The notes: generated by a model not told the origin, from the sequence alone. A DNA stretch of 64,000 nt from Burkholderiales bacterium (GCA_035549715.1 DASZQJ010000150.1:3802-67801); one strand, 5' to 3'. Shown: positions 35,815-44,206, numbered from the stretch's first letter. Translations and numbers: made by a program.

Positions 35815-36020
35815 GGGGCCGGTATCCGGGCTTGCGATCGGAGCGTGTCGCCTTCCCATGGAGGGGCGTCGGCAGTCCTTGCCGGCGTTGTCCACAGTGG
35901 CCGAATGACACGCCCCTTGCGTCGCTTACCGTTGCGGGGGCAGCACAGGAATTGCGCGGCAAGCCGCGCGCACCTGTTTCCCGTTTGACCCGGCCGGTGA
36001 GGCCGGCCAGGCACCCGAGA
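35815..36020 (-). ncRNA. Cobalamin riboswitch
   Basis: Minus strand GGTGCC...AAACGGGAAACAGGTG...CTGCCCCCGCAACGGTAA...GCCACTG...GGGAAGG...AGCCCGGATACCGGCC, the conserved B12-box architecture. Confidence 0.95.
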
Positions 36021-36140
36021 TCGTGGCCGGAGTTTACCCCCCGGAACGCCCGGCACCAAATTCCCGCCCCGGCGTCTCATCCAGGCAGGCATGGTCGCTA
36101 CCGCATATGTCAAAATACTTTCAGTACGGCCCGTTAGCAG

Positions 36141-36170
36141 TTGACTTTGCTGGTTTTTTGTCTTTATAGT
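36141..36170 (+). promoter_or_regulatory. Sigma70 promoter for zapB-zapA-ssrS
   Basis: TTGACT (36141-46)-18 nt-TATAGT (36165-70); the ATG begins 7 nt after the -10. Confidence 0.7.
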
Positions 36171-36176
36171 GTGCCG

Positions 36177-36377
36177 ATGGAAGCCGAGCTCAATACCCTC
36201 GACGAGAAGATCGCCCAGCTGGCAAAGCTGTGCCAGAAGCTGCGTGGGGACAATTCCCAGCTGCGCCAGCAGCTGGCTTCCGCGCAAAGCGAGAACAAGC
36301 GCCTGGCCGAGAAGGTGAGCGCGGCCAGGACACGGCTGGAGTCGCTGCTCAGCCAGATCCCCGAGGCCCAGGAATGA
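36177..36377 (+). CDS. Small coiled-coil cell division protein (ZapB/DUF904-like)
   Basis: 66-aa coiled coil 'LDEKIAQL...DNSQLRQQL...ARTRLESLLSQIP'; overlaps the zapA start. Confidence 0.85.
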   Translation: MEAELNTLDEKIAQLAKLCQKLRGDNSQLRQQLASAQSENKRLAEKVSAARTRLESLLSQIPEAQE

Positions 36378-36685
36378 GCAAGGATTCGCGCGGACTCGAC
36401 GTGAGCATCATGGGCCGCGAATTTCGCGTCTCCTGCACCGAAGACGAGCAGAAGGACCTGCTCAAGGCGGTGGAATTCCTGAACAGCAAGATGAAGGAAA
36501 TCCGCGACACGGGCAAAGTCATCGGCGTCGAGCGCATCGCCATCATGGCCGCGCTCAACATCACGCACGAATACCTCTCCTCGCGCGTGGCCGGCGCATT
36601 TGACGTCGGCGAGTTCAAGCGTAGAATGAACCGCATGCAGGCAACCATCGACCAGGCCATGGACGGCCAGGACGAGTTGTTCTGA
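36374..36685 (+). CDS. zapA: Cell division protein ZapA
   Basis: 'VSIMGREFRVSC', 'ERIAIMAALNI'. Confidence 0.94.
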   Translation: MSKDSRGLDVSIMGREFRVSCTEDEQKDLLKAVEFLNSKMKEIRDTGKVIGVERIAIMAALNITHEYLSSRVAGAFDVGEFKRRMNRMQATIDQAMDGQDELF

Positions 36686-36696
36686 CGACGGTCAAT

Positions 36697-36870
36697 GTCC
36701 CCTGCGTTGTTGTCAGGCTTTAATTCTTTGAACCAATGTTACTAGCCTTGGTTGCGGCCTAAAGCAGCGCTGTTGTGCGCGTCCCAATGCGGAAGCGCCT
36801 GATGTGCTCGGAAAGCGACCACCTTGAACCCCAGGTTCAAGATGACGGCCTGACGGCACGCGCGGGGGGC
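36697..36870 (+). ncRNA. ssrS: 6S RNA
   Basis: Directly after zapA. Complementary ends (GTCCCCTGCG / CGCGGGGGGC), central 'TTCTTTGAACC...CCACCTTGAACC...GGTTCAAG' motifs, about 175 nt. Confidence 0.88.
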
Positions 36871-36896
36871 TCCCCACCCGAAGCAGGATGCAGGGC

Positions 36897-36925
36897 CAAA
36901 GGCGGCGAGGCCGCTTTTTTCTTTT
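36897..36925 (+). terminator. Intrinsic terminator after 6S RNA
   Basis: GCGGC-GAG-GCCGC stem followed by TTTTTTCTTTT. Confidence 0.7.
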
Positions 36926-36994
36926 GCGCGCCCCGCGGCTTGCGCCGGCCGCGCAATCCGCTAGAGTTCCGCCTTTGCCCCGGAACGCGCGACC

Positions 36995-37450
36995 ATGAAC
37001 CACTGGCTGATGAAGTCCGAGCCCGACGTTTTCGGCATCGACCATCTCGCCGCGTCGCCGGACAGGACCGCCGCCTGGTGGGGCGTGCGCAACTACCAGG
37101 CGCGCAATTTCATGCGCGACCAGATGAAGGTCGGCGACAAGGTGCTGTTCTACCATTCGAGCTGCCCGGAACCGGGCATCGCCGGCATCGCCCGGGTTTC
37201 GCGACTCGCCTATCCGGACGAGACCCAGTTCGACCGCAAGAGCCCCTACTTCGACCCCAAGGCGAGCCGCGACCTGCCGCGCTGGTTCAACGTCGACGTG
37301 ACGCTGGTGAAAAAAACCCGCCTCGTCGGCCTGCCCGAGCTGCGCTCGCACCCCGAGCTGAAGGATATGGTCATCCTCAAGCGCGGCAACCGGCTTTCCA
37401 TCACGCCCGTGACCGAACGCGAATGGGCGTTCATCTCGGACCTCCTGTAG
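36995..37450 (+). CDS. EVE domain protein
   Basis: 'WLMKSEP', 'WWGVRNYQARNFMR', 'FYHSSC', 'NRLSITPV'. Confidence 0.94.
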   Translation: MNHWLMKSEPDVFGIDHLAASPDRTAAWWGVRNYQARNFMRDQMKVGDKVLFYHSSCPEPGIAGIARVSRLAYPDETQFDRKSPYFDPKASRDLPRWFNVDVTLVKKTRLVGLPELRSHPELKDMVILKRGNRLSITPVTEREWAFISDLL

Positions 37451-37457
37451 CGCTGCC

Positions 37458-38267
37458 ATGGAGTGGTGGATCGTTTACCTGCTGATGGGGCTGTTCGTCG
37501 GCTTTTTCGCCGGCCTCCTGGGCATCGGCGGCGGCCTCATCCTGGTGACGCTGATGGTGTACCTGTTCACCGTCCAGCATTTCCCCGACGACCGGATCCT
37601 GCACATGGCGCTGGGCACGTCCATCACCAGCATCGTGTTCACCTCCATTTCCAGCCTTCGCGCGCACCACGGCCACGGCGCGGTGCGATGGGACATCGTG
37701 CGCGCCTCGGTGCCGGGGCTGATCGCCGGCACCCTTCTGGGCGCGCTGGTCGCCGACCAGCTGAAGTCGAAGTACCTCGCGATCTTCTTCGTGGTCTTCG
37801 TCTACTACTCCGCCGCGCAGATGTTCCTGAATGCCAGGCCCAAGCCTTCGCGCCAGCTGCCCGGCAAATGGGGCATGAGCGTCGCGGCCGTGGCGATCGG
37901 GGTGCTCTCCGCGCTGGTCGGCGTGGGCGGCGGCGTCATGACGATTCCCCTGATGACCCTTTGCAACGTGCCCATGCGCAACGCCATCGGCACCTCGGCC
38001 GCGCTCGGCCTGCCGATCGCGGTCGCCGGCGCAGCCGGCTTCATCGCGACCGGCTGGAACAAGGACCACCTGCCCGCGTGGAGCTTCGGCTACGTCTACC
38101 TGCCGGCGCTCGTCGGCATCGTGGTCGGCACGCTGGTGACGGTGCCCTGGGGCGCGAAGATGGCGCACTCGATGCCGGTGTCGCGCCTGAAGAAGATCTT
38201 CGCCGTGATCCTGTTCATCCTCGCCACGAGGATGCTCTGGACGTTGTTCCAGGGTTCCCTGCACTAG
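37458..38267 (+). CDS. TauE/SafE (TSUP) family transporter
   Basis: 'GLLGIGGG', 'GTS' repeats, 'GVGGGVMTIP'; about 8 TM segments. Confidence 0.9.
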   Translation: MEWWIVYLLMGLFVGFFAGLLGIGGGLILVTLMVYLFTVQHFPDDRILHMALGTSITSIVFTSISSLRAHHGHGAVRWDIVRASVPGLIAGTLLGALVADQLKSKYLAIFFVVFVYYSAAQMFLNARPKPSRQLPGKWGMSVAAVAIGVLSALVGVGGGVMTIPLMTLCNVPMRNAIGTSAALGLPIAVAGAAGFIATGWNKDHLPAWSFGYVYLPALVGIVVGTLVTVPWGAKMAHSMPVSRLKKIFAVILFILATRMLWTLFQGSLH

Positions 38268-38288
38268 GCACTAGGCACTAGGCGCTAG
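38261..38288. repeat. (GCACTAG)x3 + GCGCTAG array filling a convergent gene junction
   Basis: First unit supplies the TSUP TAG stop (38265-67); last unit supplies the oxygenase stop on the minus strand (38285-87). Confidence 0.85.
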
Positions 38289-38890
38289 CCGCGGGCCTTG
38301 AACCACCCGGTGAGGCTCAGGCGTTCGCGCGTGGCCGGCAGCACCTCATGGGGAAACCGCTCGCTGAGGAACAGCACCAGCGTGCCCGCGTCGGGCAGGA
38401 TGTCCACGTGCGCCGACTCGGGCTTGCGCTCGAGGTACAGGCGCAGCGCCCCGCCGCAGGCAGCCTCCCATCCCGGGTTCAGGTACAGGATGCTGGAGAC
38501 GCGCCGCCGCGAATCGCGGCTGAACTGGTCGACGTGGCGGCGATAGAACGCCCCCGGCGCATAGCGCGCGAAATGGCATTCGTACTCGAACAGCCCCAGT
38601 TGCAGGTCCCGGTTCAGGCGCAGGCGCACTTGCTCGAACTTCGCGAGGCAGGCGCGTTGGACCTCGCTGCTTCCCGCGGGCTCCAGCCACAGGATCTGGT
38701 CGGTGCGGATGTCTTCGTCGACACGCTGCCGCGCGCCGGTGCCGATGGCGGCGTCATGGAAGGCACCGCCGCGCAATAGCTGCGCTGATTCGGCCGCGAG
38801 CGCCCTAACCTCGGCCTCCCCGACGAACCCGGGCAGCGCCACCCAGCCGGACGAAGCCATGCCGTCGACGATGCGATCGAGGGCATCCAT
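38285..38890 (-). CDS. 2OG-Fe(II) oxygenase (SM-20/prolyl hydroxylase-like)
   Basis: 'IRTDQILW', 'ECHFARY', HxD 'RHVD', 'ILYLN', distal His 'FPHEV', 'RLSLTGWF'. Confidence 0.88.
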   Translation of the reverse strand: MDALDRIVDGMASSGWVALPGFVGEAEVRALAAESAQLLRGGAFHDAAIGTGARQRVDEDIRTDQILWLEPAGSSEVQRACLAKFEQVRLRLNRDLQLGLFEYECHFARYAPGAFYRRHVDQFSRDSRRRVSSILYLNPGWEAACGGALRLYLERKPESAHVDILPDAGTLVLFLSERFPHEVLPATRERLSLTGWFKARG

Positions 38891-38893
38891 GCG

Positions 38894-39742
38894 CTACGAG
38901 CCCCCGGCAGGCGGCCGGCCGCGAAGGTCCGCGGGGAGGGGGCGAACCGCGCCCGCCAGGCTCCAGCCGTTTGCCGCCGCCATGGCGGCGATCGCGTCGA
39001 TGCGTTCCCGGTCGAGCGGGTGGGTGCGCAGCAACGCCGGCGGATCGAGCGGCAGCCTCGCCGCTTCCTCACCCAGCAGGCGGAAGATGCGGTCCGCACC
39101 CGCGACATGCCCATAGAGCGCGGCAACCGCGCCCAGGGCCCGGGCGTCGGCCTCCCGCTCCTGCGCCCGGCTGAAGGTGAGCACCGTCAGCAGGCCGCCA
39201 TTGCCGAGGGTGCGGCCCGCGATGTCGCCGCCCGCGCCCGCCGACAGCGTCGCCACCGCGACCCCGATCGCCAGGCCCCGGCCCAGGGTGGTCACCGGGT
39301 GCCGCAGCTTCACGTGCGCAACCTCGTGGGCGATCACCATGGCGAGCGCGTTTTCGCTGGGCATCCTGTCGAGCAGGCCGCGAAACACGACGATGTTGCC
39401 GCCCAGCGTGGCGAACGCGTTGATGGCCGGCTCGTCGACGAAATGCAGGCGCACGCGCATGCCTTCGGGCAGGTCCTGGGCCGCGGCAATGCGATCCGCC
39501 AGCGCCTGCAGGTACGCGGATTGCGGCGATGGCGGCGGCAGCGCCCCCGCGAACCGGGCGGCGAGCCGCTCCTCCGCGGAGAACGGCAGGTGGCGCGCGA
39601 GCTTGTCGGCGAGCAGGGCCGCGACGCCGATGACCAGCGCCGCCGCCACGGCGATGCCGCCCAGCAGCCGCAGGAAATCGAGCAGCGGATGCGTGGCGCT
39701 GACGTTGATCCCTTCCGGGATCTGCGGGTTGCTGTACTGCAC
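38894..39742 (-). CDS. M48 family zinc metallopeptidase
   Basis: 'INAFATLGG', HExxH 'HEVAH', 'FSRAQEREAD', 'THP'. Confidence 0.9.
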   Translation of the reverse strand: MQYSNPQIPEGINVSATHPLLDFLRLLGGIAVAAALVIGVAALLADKLARHLPFSAEERLAARFAGALPPPSPQSAYLQALADRIAAAQDLPEGMRVRLHFVDEPAINAFATLGGNIVVFRGLLDRMPSENALAMVIAHEVAHVKLRHPVTTLGRGLAIGVAVATLSAGAGGDIAGRTLGNGGLLTVLTFSRAQEREADARALGAVAALYGHVAGADRIFRLLGEEAARLPLDPPALLRTHPLDRERIDAIAAMAAANGWSLAGAVRPLPADLRGRPPAGGS

Positions 39743-39756
39743 CGCGGGCCGGGACG

Positions 39757-40209
39757 TCAGCGCGCGGTCAGGGCCGTGCCGTAAGCCATGACTTCCACGG
39801 CGCCGTAACTGCGGGGGTTGCGCCCGGGGATCGAGAAGGTCTGGAACTTCACGTTGACGATCATGCGCGCGCCCTGCTCGCTCGCCTCCTGCTTCATGCG
39901 CAGGACCGCCTCCCGGCGCGCGCGGTCGAGCAGCGATTCATAAGCGCGCAGGCGGCCGCCGAAGACGCTTTGCAGCGAGGACACCACGCGCTTGAAGTAA
40001 TCCTCCGAAACCACCACGCTGCCCGCGACCAGCGCCTGGCCCCCGGCGCCGGAAAGCGGGGGAAAGCGGTTGGAGAACACCAGCACGCCCGCCATTTGCT
40101 TCTCGCGCTCGAGGATCGACCGGTAGTGCCGCCGCTCCGCGATGCGCCCGGCGACGTAGCCGACCACCATCAGGACGAGGAAGACGATCAGGTCGAGGAA
40201 TTCGCCCAT
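39757..40209 (-). CDS. Membrane-anchored YbjQ (UPF0145)-like protein
   Basis: N-terminal TM; 'FGGRLRAYESLLDRARREAVLRM', 'EVMAYGTA'. Confidence 0.85.
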   Translation of the reverse strand: MGEFLDLIVFLVLMVVGYVAGRIAERRHYRSILEREKQMAGVLVFSNRFPPLSGAGGQALVAGSVVVSEDYFKRVVSSLQSVFGGRLRAYESLLDRARREAVLRMKQEASEQGARMIVNVKFQTFSIPGRNPRSYGAVEVMAYGTALTAR

Positions 40210-40212
40210 CGC

Positions 40213-40527
40213 CTACTCCAGGACGACCGCCGTGCCGTAGGCGAGCATTTCCGCCGCGCCCTGCGTGATCGAGGACGTGCTGAAGCGGACATTGAGCACC
40301 GCGTTCGCGCCGACGCCCTGCGCCTGCTGCACCATGCGGTCCGTGGCTTCCTGGCGCGCCTCCTTGAGCAGGTCGGTGTAGCCCTTGAGCTCCCCGCCGA
40401 CGATGTTCTTCAGGCCCGCCATGATGTCCTTGCCGACGTGCTTGGAGCGCACGGTACTGCCCTGCACCAGGCCGAGGTGCTTGACGATGCGGCGGCCGGG
40501 AACGATCTCGAGGTTGCTGATCAGCAT
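40213..40527 (-). CDS. YbjQ (UPF0145) family protein
   Basis: 'GLVQGSTVRSKHVGKD', 'GGELKGY', 'GANAV', 'AYGTAV'. Confidence 0.92.
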   Translation of the reverse strand: MLISNLEIVPGRRIVKHLGLVQGSTVRSKHVGKDIMAGLKNIVGGELKGYTDLLKEARQEATDRMVQQAQGVGANAVLNVRFSTSSITQGAAEMLAYGTAVVLE

Positions 40528-40587
40528 GCGCCATCCTCCCTTGCGGATGCGCGGATTATGCCATCGGCGTCCGGCGCAAGCGTGCGG

Positions 40588-41430
40588 CTACAGGCGCTCG
40601 GCCTTGAAGGTCTCGCAAGCGGAAAGCTCGCCGGATTGCAGCCCGCGGCGGAACCAGCGCACGCGCTGCGCCGAGCTGCCGTGGGTAAAGCTCTCCGGGG
40701 CCACGTAACCGCGTGCCTGCATCTGCAGCCGGTCGTCGCCGATGGCCGCGGCGGCGTTGAGCCCTTCCTCGATGTCACCGGCTTCCAGCACATGCCGGGA
40801 CCGGTCCGCATGGTGCGCCCAGATGCCTGCGAAGCAATCGGCCTGCAGCTCCTGGCGCACGGAGAGCTGGTTCGCCCGCGCCTGGTCGCCGCGCGCCGCC
40901 GCCTCGGCGACCTTGCGCGAGATGCCGAGCAGGTTCTGCACGTGGTGGCCGACCTCGTGCGCGACGACGTACGCCTGCGCGAAATCACCTCGGGCGCCGA
41001 GGCGCCTTTCCAGCGTGGCGAAGAAGTCCAGGTCGAGGTAGACCTTGCGGTCGCCGGAGCAGTAGAACGGACCGACCGCGGCCTGGGCGTAGCCGCAGGC
41101 CGATTGCACGGCGCCCGTGAACAGGACCAGGGTCGGCACGCGGTATTCGGCGCCACCGCGGCCGAAGATGTCGCCCCAGGTGTCTTCCGTGTCCGCCAGG
41201 ACGACGGACACGAAATCCCGGGCGCGGTCCTGCGCCGGGTCGACGGGCGCCGCCCGCGGCGGCGGCGCGGACCCGCCCTGCTGCAGGATGACGCCCGGGT
41301 CCACGCCGAAGAACATGGCGATGAGCGCGACCACGACCACACCGATCCCGCCGCCCGCGATGCCGCCCGGCACGCGCATGCCGCGCCGGTCTTCGATGTT
41401 GTCGCTTCGCCTGCCGTCTTCCCAGCGCAT
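40588..41430 (-). CDS. ypfJ: Neutral zinc metallopeptidase (YpfJ-like)
   Basis: 'RRSDNIEDRRG', 'GPFYCSGD', 'AHEVGHHVQN', 'ELQADCFAG', 'SFTHGSSAQR'. Confidence 0.92.
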   Translation of the reverse strand: MRWEDGRRSDNIEDRRGMRVPGGIAGGGIGVVVVALIAMFFGVDPGVILQQGGSAPPPRAAPVDPAQDRARDFVSVVLADTEDTWGDIFGRGGAEYRVPTLVLFTGAVQSACGYAQAAVGPFYCSGDRKVYLDLDFFATLERRLGARGDFAQAYVVAHEVGHHVQNLLGISRKVAEAAARGDQARANQLSVRQELQADCFAGIWAHHADRSRHVLEAGDIEEGLNAAAAIGDDRLQMQARGYVAPESFTHGSSAQRVRWFRRGLQSGELSACETFKAERL

Positions 41431-41444
41431 GCCGGCCTCCGTGG

Positions 41445-42947
41445 TCAGCTTCCCCGGTAGCGCGCCCGCAGCTGCGCCTTCTGCACCTTGCCCATGGCAT
41501 TGCGCGGCAGTTCATCGACCAGGTATACCTGCTTGGGCACCTTGAAGTTCGCGAGGTTCTTGCGCAGCTCGGCGATGATCGCCGCCGGGTCGAGGCTCGC
41601 GTCCTTGCGCGGGACGATGACGGCCGCCACGGCTTCGCCGAAATCGGGGTGCGGGACGCCGATGACGGCGGACTCGACCACGCCCGGCATGACATCGAGC
41701 GCGAGCTCGATTTCCTTCGGGTAGACGTTGTAGCCGCCGCTGATGATCAGGTCCTTGGCGCGGCCGACGATGGAAAGATAGCCCTCGGCATCGAACGTGC
41801 CGACGTCGCCCGTGCGGAACCAGCCGTCGGCCGTGAATTCCTCGCGCGTCTTTTCCGGCATGCGCCAGTAGCCGCGGAACACGTTCGGGCCCTTGACCTG
41901 GATGCCGCCGATCTCGCCCGCCGGCAGGGGCCGGTCGCCGTCGCCGGCCACGCGCACCGCCACCCCGGGCAGGGCAAAGCCGACGCTGCCGGCGCGGCGT
42001 TCCCCGTCCAGGGGATTGGACGTGTTCATGCCGGTTTCCGACATGCCGTAACGCTCGAGGATGGCCTGGCCGGTGCGGGCCACGAACTCGGAGAAGGTGT
42101 CGGGCAGCAGGGGCGCGGAGCCGGAGATGAACAGCCGCACACCGGCGGTGATCTCCCGCGTGAAACCGGCTTCGGCGAGCAGGCGCGTATAGAAGGTCGG
42201 CACGCCCATCAGCACCGTGGCGCGGTGCAGGTCGCGGATCACCCGCTTTGCGTCGAACTTGCGATGCCAGAGCATCCTCGCCCCGGACAGCAGGGCGCAA
42301 TGGTTGGCCACGAACAGGCCATGCACGTGGAAGATCGGCAGCGCGTGCAGCAGCACGTCGCGTTCGCCGAAGCCCCAATACGCAACCAGGGTGCGCGCAT
42401 TCGACGAAAGATTGCGATGGGTCAGCATTGCCCCCTTGGAACGGCCGGTCGTGCCCGAGGTGTAAAGGATCACGGCCAGATCGTCGCCGTCGGCCGCGAC
42501 CGTCGCGAACCCGGCGGGCTGCCGTGCCGCGGCCTGCGCCAGTTCGCCCCCGCCCTCGTCGTCCAGCCCCAGCACACGGGCCCGCCCGCCACACAGCGCC
42601 TGCATCGTTGGCGCGGACTCGGGACGGCAGACGATCACGCTCGGTTGCGCATCGTCGATGAAATGCGCCAGCTCCCCGCGCTGGTAGGCGGTGTTGAGCG
42701 GCAGGTACACCACGCCGGCCCGCAGGCAGGCCAGGTACAGGAACAGCGACATCGGGGACTTCTCCACCTGCACGGCAACGCGATCGCCGCGCATCGCCCC
42801 GGAGGCCACGAGCAGGTTGGCGATCCGCCCCGACCATTCCGCGGCCTGGGCATGCGTGAAGGTCGCCCCGTCGTCCGTCTCGAGCAGTAGCTGTGTTTCG
42901 CGGCCGCGGGCCGCGGCTTCGATCGCCGCGTGGAAGTTTTCGTTCAT
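41445..42947 (-). CDS. matB: Malonyl-CoA (methylmalonyl-CoA) synthetase MatB
   Basis: ANL motifs 'YTSGTTGRSKGAML', 'LHALPIFHVHGLF', 'ERYGMSET', 'GRAKDLIISGG', 'PRNAMGKVQK'. Confidence 0.92.
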   Translation of the reverse strand: MNENFHAAIEAAARGRETQLLLETDDGATFTHAQAAEWSGRIANLLVASGAMRGDRVAVQVEKSPMSLFLYLACLRAGVVYLPLNTAYQRGELAHFIDDAQPSVIVCRPESAPTMQALCGGRARVLGLDDEGGGELAQAAARQPAGFATVAADGDDLAVILYTSGTTGRSKGAMLTHRNLSSNARTLVAYWGFGERDVLLHALPIFHVHGLFVANHCALLSGARMLWHRKFDAKRVIRDLHRATVLMGVPTFYTRLLAEAGFTREITAGVRLFISGSAPLLPDTFSEFVARTGQAILERYGMSETGMNTSNPLDGERRAGSVGFALPGVAVRVAGDGDRPLPAGEIGGIQVKGPNVFRGYWRMPEKTREEFTADGWFRTGDVGTFDAEGYLSIVGRAKDLIISGGYNVYPKEIELALDVMPGVVESAVIGVPHPDFGEAVAAVIVPRKDASLDPAAIIAELRKNLANFKVPKQVYLVDELPRNAMGKVQKAQLRARYRGS

Positions 42948-44206
42948 ACCAGGGTATCGATGACGCCGGATTGCAAGTAGTCGTCCACGCTCGCCGTCAT
43001 GCTGGAGCGCCGCAGGACCCGCGCGATGGCCGCGGGGGGCAGGATTTGCACGCTGGCGCCGGGCAGCGCGATGACGCGCCCCGCCGGCGCCGCGAGCGCC
43101 ACGTAGATGCCCCCGGCGGCCTCGCCGATGACCTGGAGCGTCACCCGATGGCCGGCCTGCCGCAGGCTGGCAAGCACCAGGGCCAGGTGGGAAACGTATT
43201 CCGACAGCAACACGCGCTCGTCACCGAACGTCGGCGCCTGTCCCGGGGAATCGAGCAGCAGCATGATGGCTTCGCCCGGGTGGGCATCGGCCGCGCGCAG
43301 GCACTCCCCCGCCAGGGTCCAGGCGGCGAGCGCACCCACGGCCACGCCGCCGACGAACCCGAAGTACGTGTTGGGGGCATTCGGCTGCAGGCGGCCGACG
43401 ATGACGCCGTCGATCTGCCTGGCGGTGAAGGTCTCGGGCACCAGGTCCTGCATGACCGCGGGCAGGGACGCCCCAACCTCGGCCGGCGAGGGGGCCATGC
43501 CGTGCTCGAGCAGCCGCGCGGCAAGGCGGTTGTGCTGCCCGCGCAAGTCGGGGGGGCCGGCGGGACGCAGCACCCAGTCGATCGCCGCCTGGCGGTAAGC
43601 ATACAGGCTGTCCTCGTTCAGCCGGCCCGCGGACTCCATCGCCGCGCGCGACGTGCCGCCCATGAGCGCATTGACCGCCTGCTTGTCGGACGCATCGAGC
43701 TCGTTGCGTCCGCCGAGGGCCTGGATGACCGCCGGTCCGGACATCGCCAGCCGGGACGCGACGGCATAGACCCGGTGGCTGCAGGCGGTGGCAAGCATGC
43801 TCGCGCCACCGAAGCAGTCGCGGCCCAGCAGCGCCAGCATCGGCACGCCGGCCAGGCGCAGGTCGAGGACCTGCCGGTACAGCTGGCGGAAGGCGCCCAG
43901 GGCCGGCAGGCCTTCGTCCAGGCGCGCGCCGGCCGAGTCCAGGCAGAGGATGAAGGGCAGGTGCTGCGTCTGGTCCTGGCGCAGCATCGCCGCGAGCGCA
44001 TGGGATTCGACGACGCCGAACGAGCCGCCCGCCGTGTCGCGGTCGGTCGCCGCAATGACCACCGGCTTGCCGCCGAGCAGGCCGGTGCCGGCGCGCAGGG
44101 ATCCGGTCGCCTGGGCGGTCAGGGGCGCGTAGCTGCCAGGGTCGAGCAGCCCCTCGACCTTGTCCTGCGCGCTGCTGCCCGACCAGGTGTCGTCCGGAGC
44201 CGCCAA
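42944..44206 (-). CDS. Fused carboxyltransferase resembling malonate decarboxylase beta+gamma (MdcD-MdcE)
   Basis: N-half 'GGSFG', 'DSAGARLDEG', 'CFGG', 'RLAMSGPAVIQ...G..ELD' (MdcD-like). C-half 'LDSPGQ...DE..L...HL...LR.AGH...GEAAGG' (MdcE-like). Stop overlaps the matB ATG; TTG start. Confidence 0.75.
   Translation of the reverse strand: MAAPDDTWSGSSAQDKVEGLLDPGSYAPLTAQATGSLRAGTGLLGGKPVVIAATDRDTAGGSFGVVESHALAAMLRQDQTQHLPFILCLDSAGARLDEGLPALGAFRQLYRQVLDLRLAGVPMLALLGRDCFGGASMLATACSHRVYAVASRLAMSGPAVIQALGGRNELDASDKQAVNALMGGTSRAAMESAGRLNEDSLYAYRQAAIDWVLRPAGPPDLRGQHNRLAARLLEHGMAPSPAEVGASLPAVMQDLVPETFTARQIDGVIVGRLQPNAPNTYFGFVGGVAVGALAAWTLAGECLRAADAHPGEAIMLLLDSPGQAPTFGDERVLLSEYVSHLALVLASLRQAGHRVTLQVIGEAAGGIYVALAAPAGRVIALPGASVQILPPAAIARVLRRSSMTASVDDYLQSGVIDTLV

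Noticed and set aside
35888-35896. DnaA-box-like TTGTCCACA
   Set aside because: It is isolated, has one mismatch and lies inside the riboswitch.
35679-36287. N-terminal 200-aa extension of the TonB receptor ORF
   Set aside because: The frame runs through the riboswitch and zapB antisense; the signal peptide and TonB box begin at ATG 35678.
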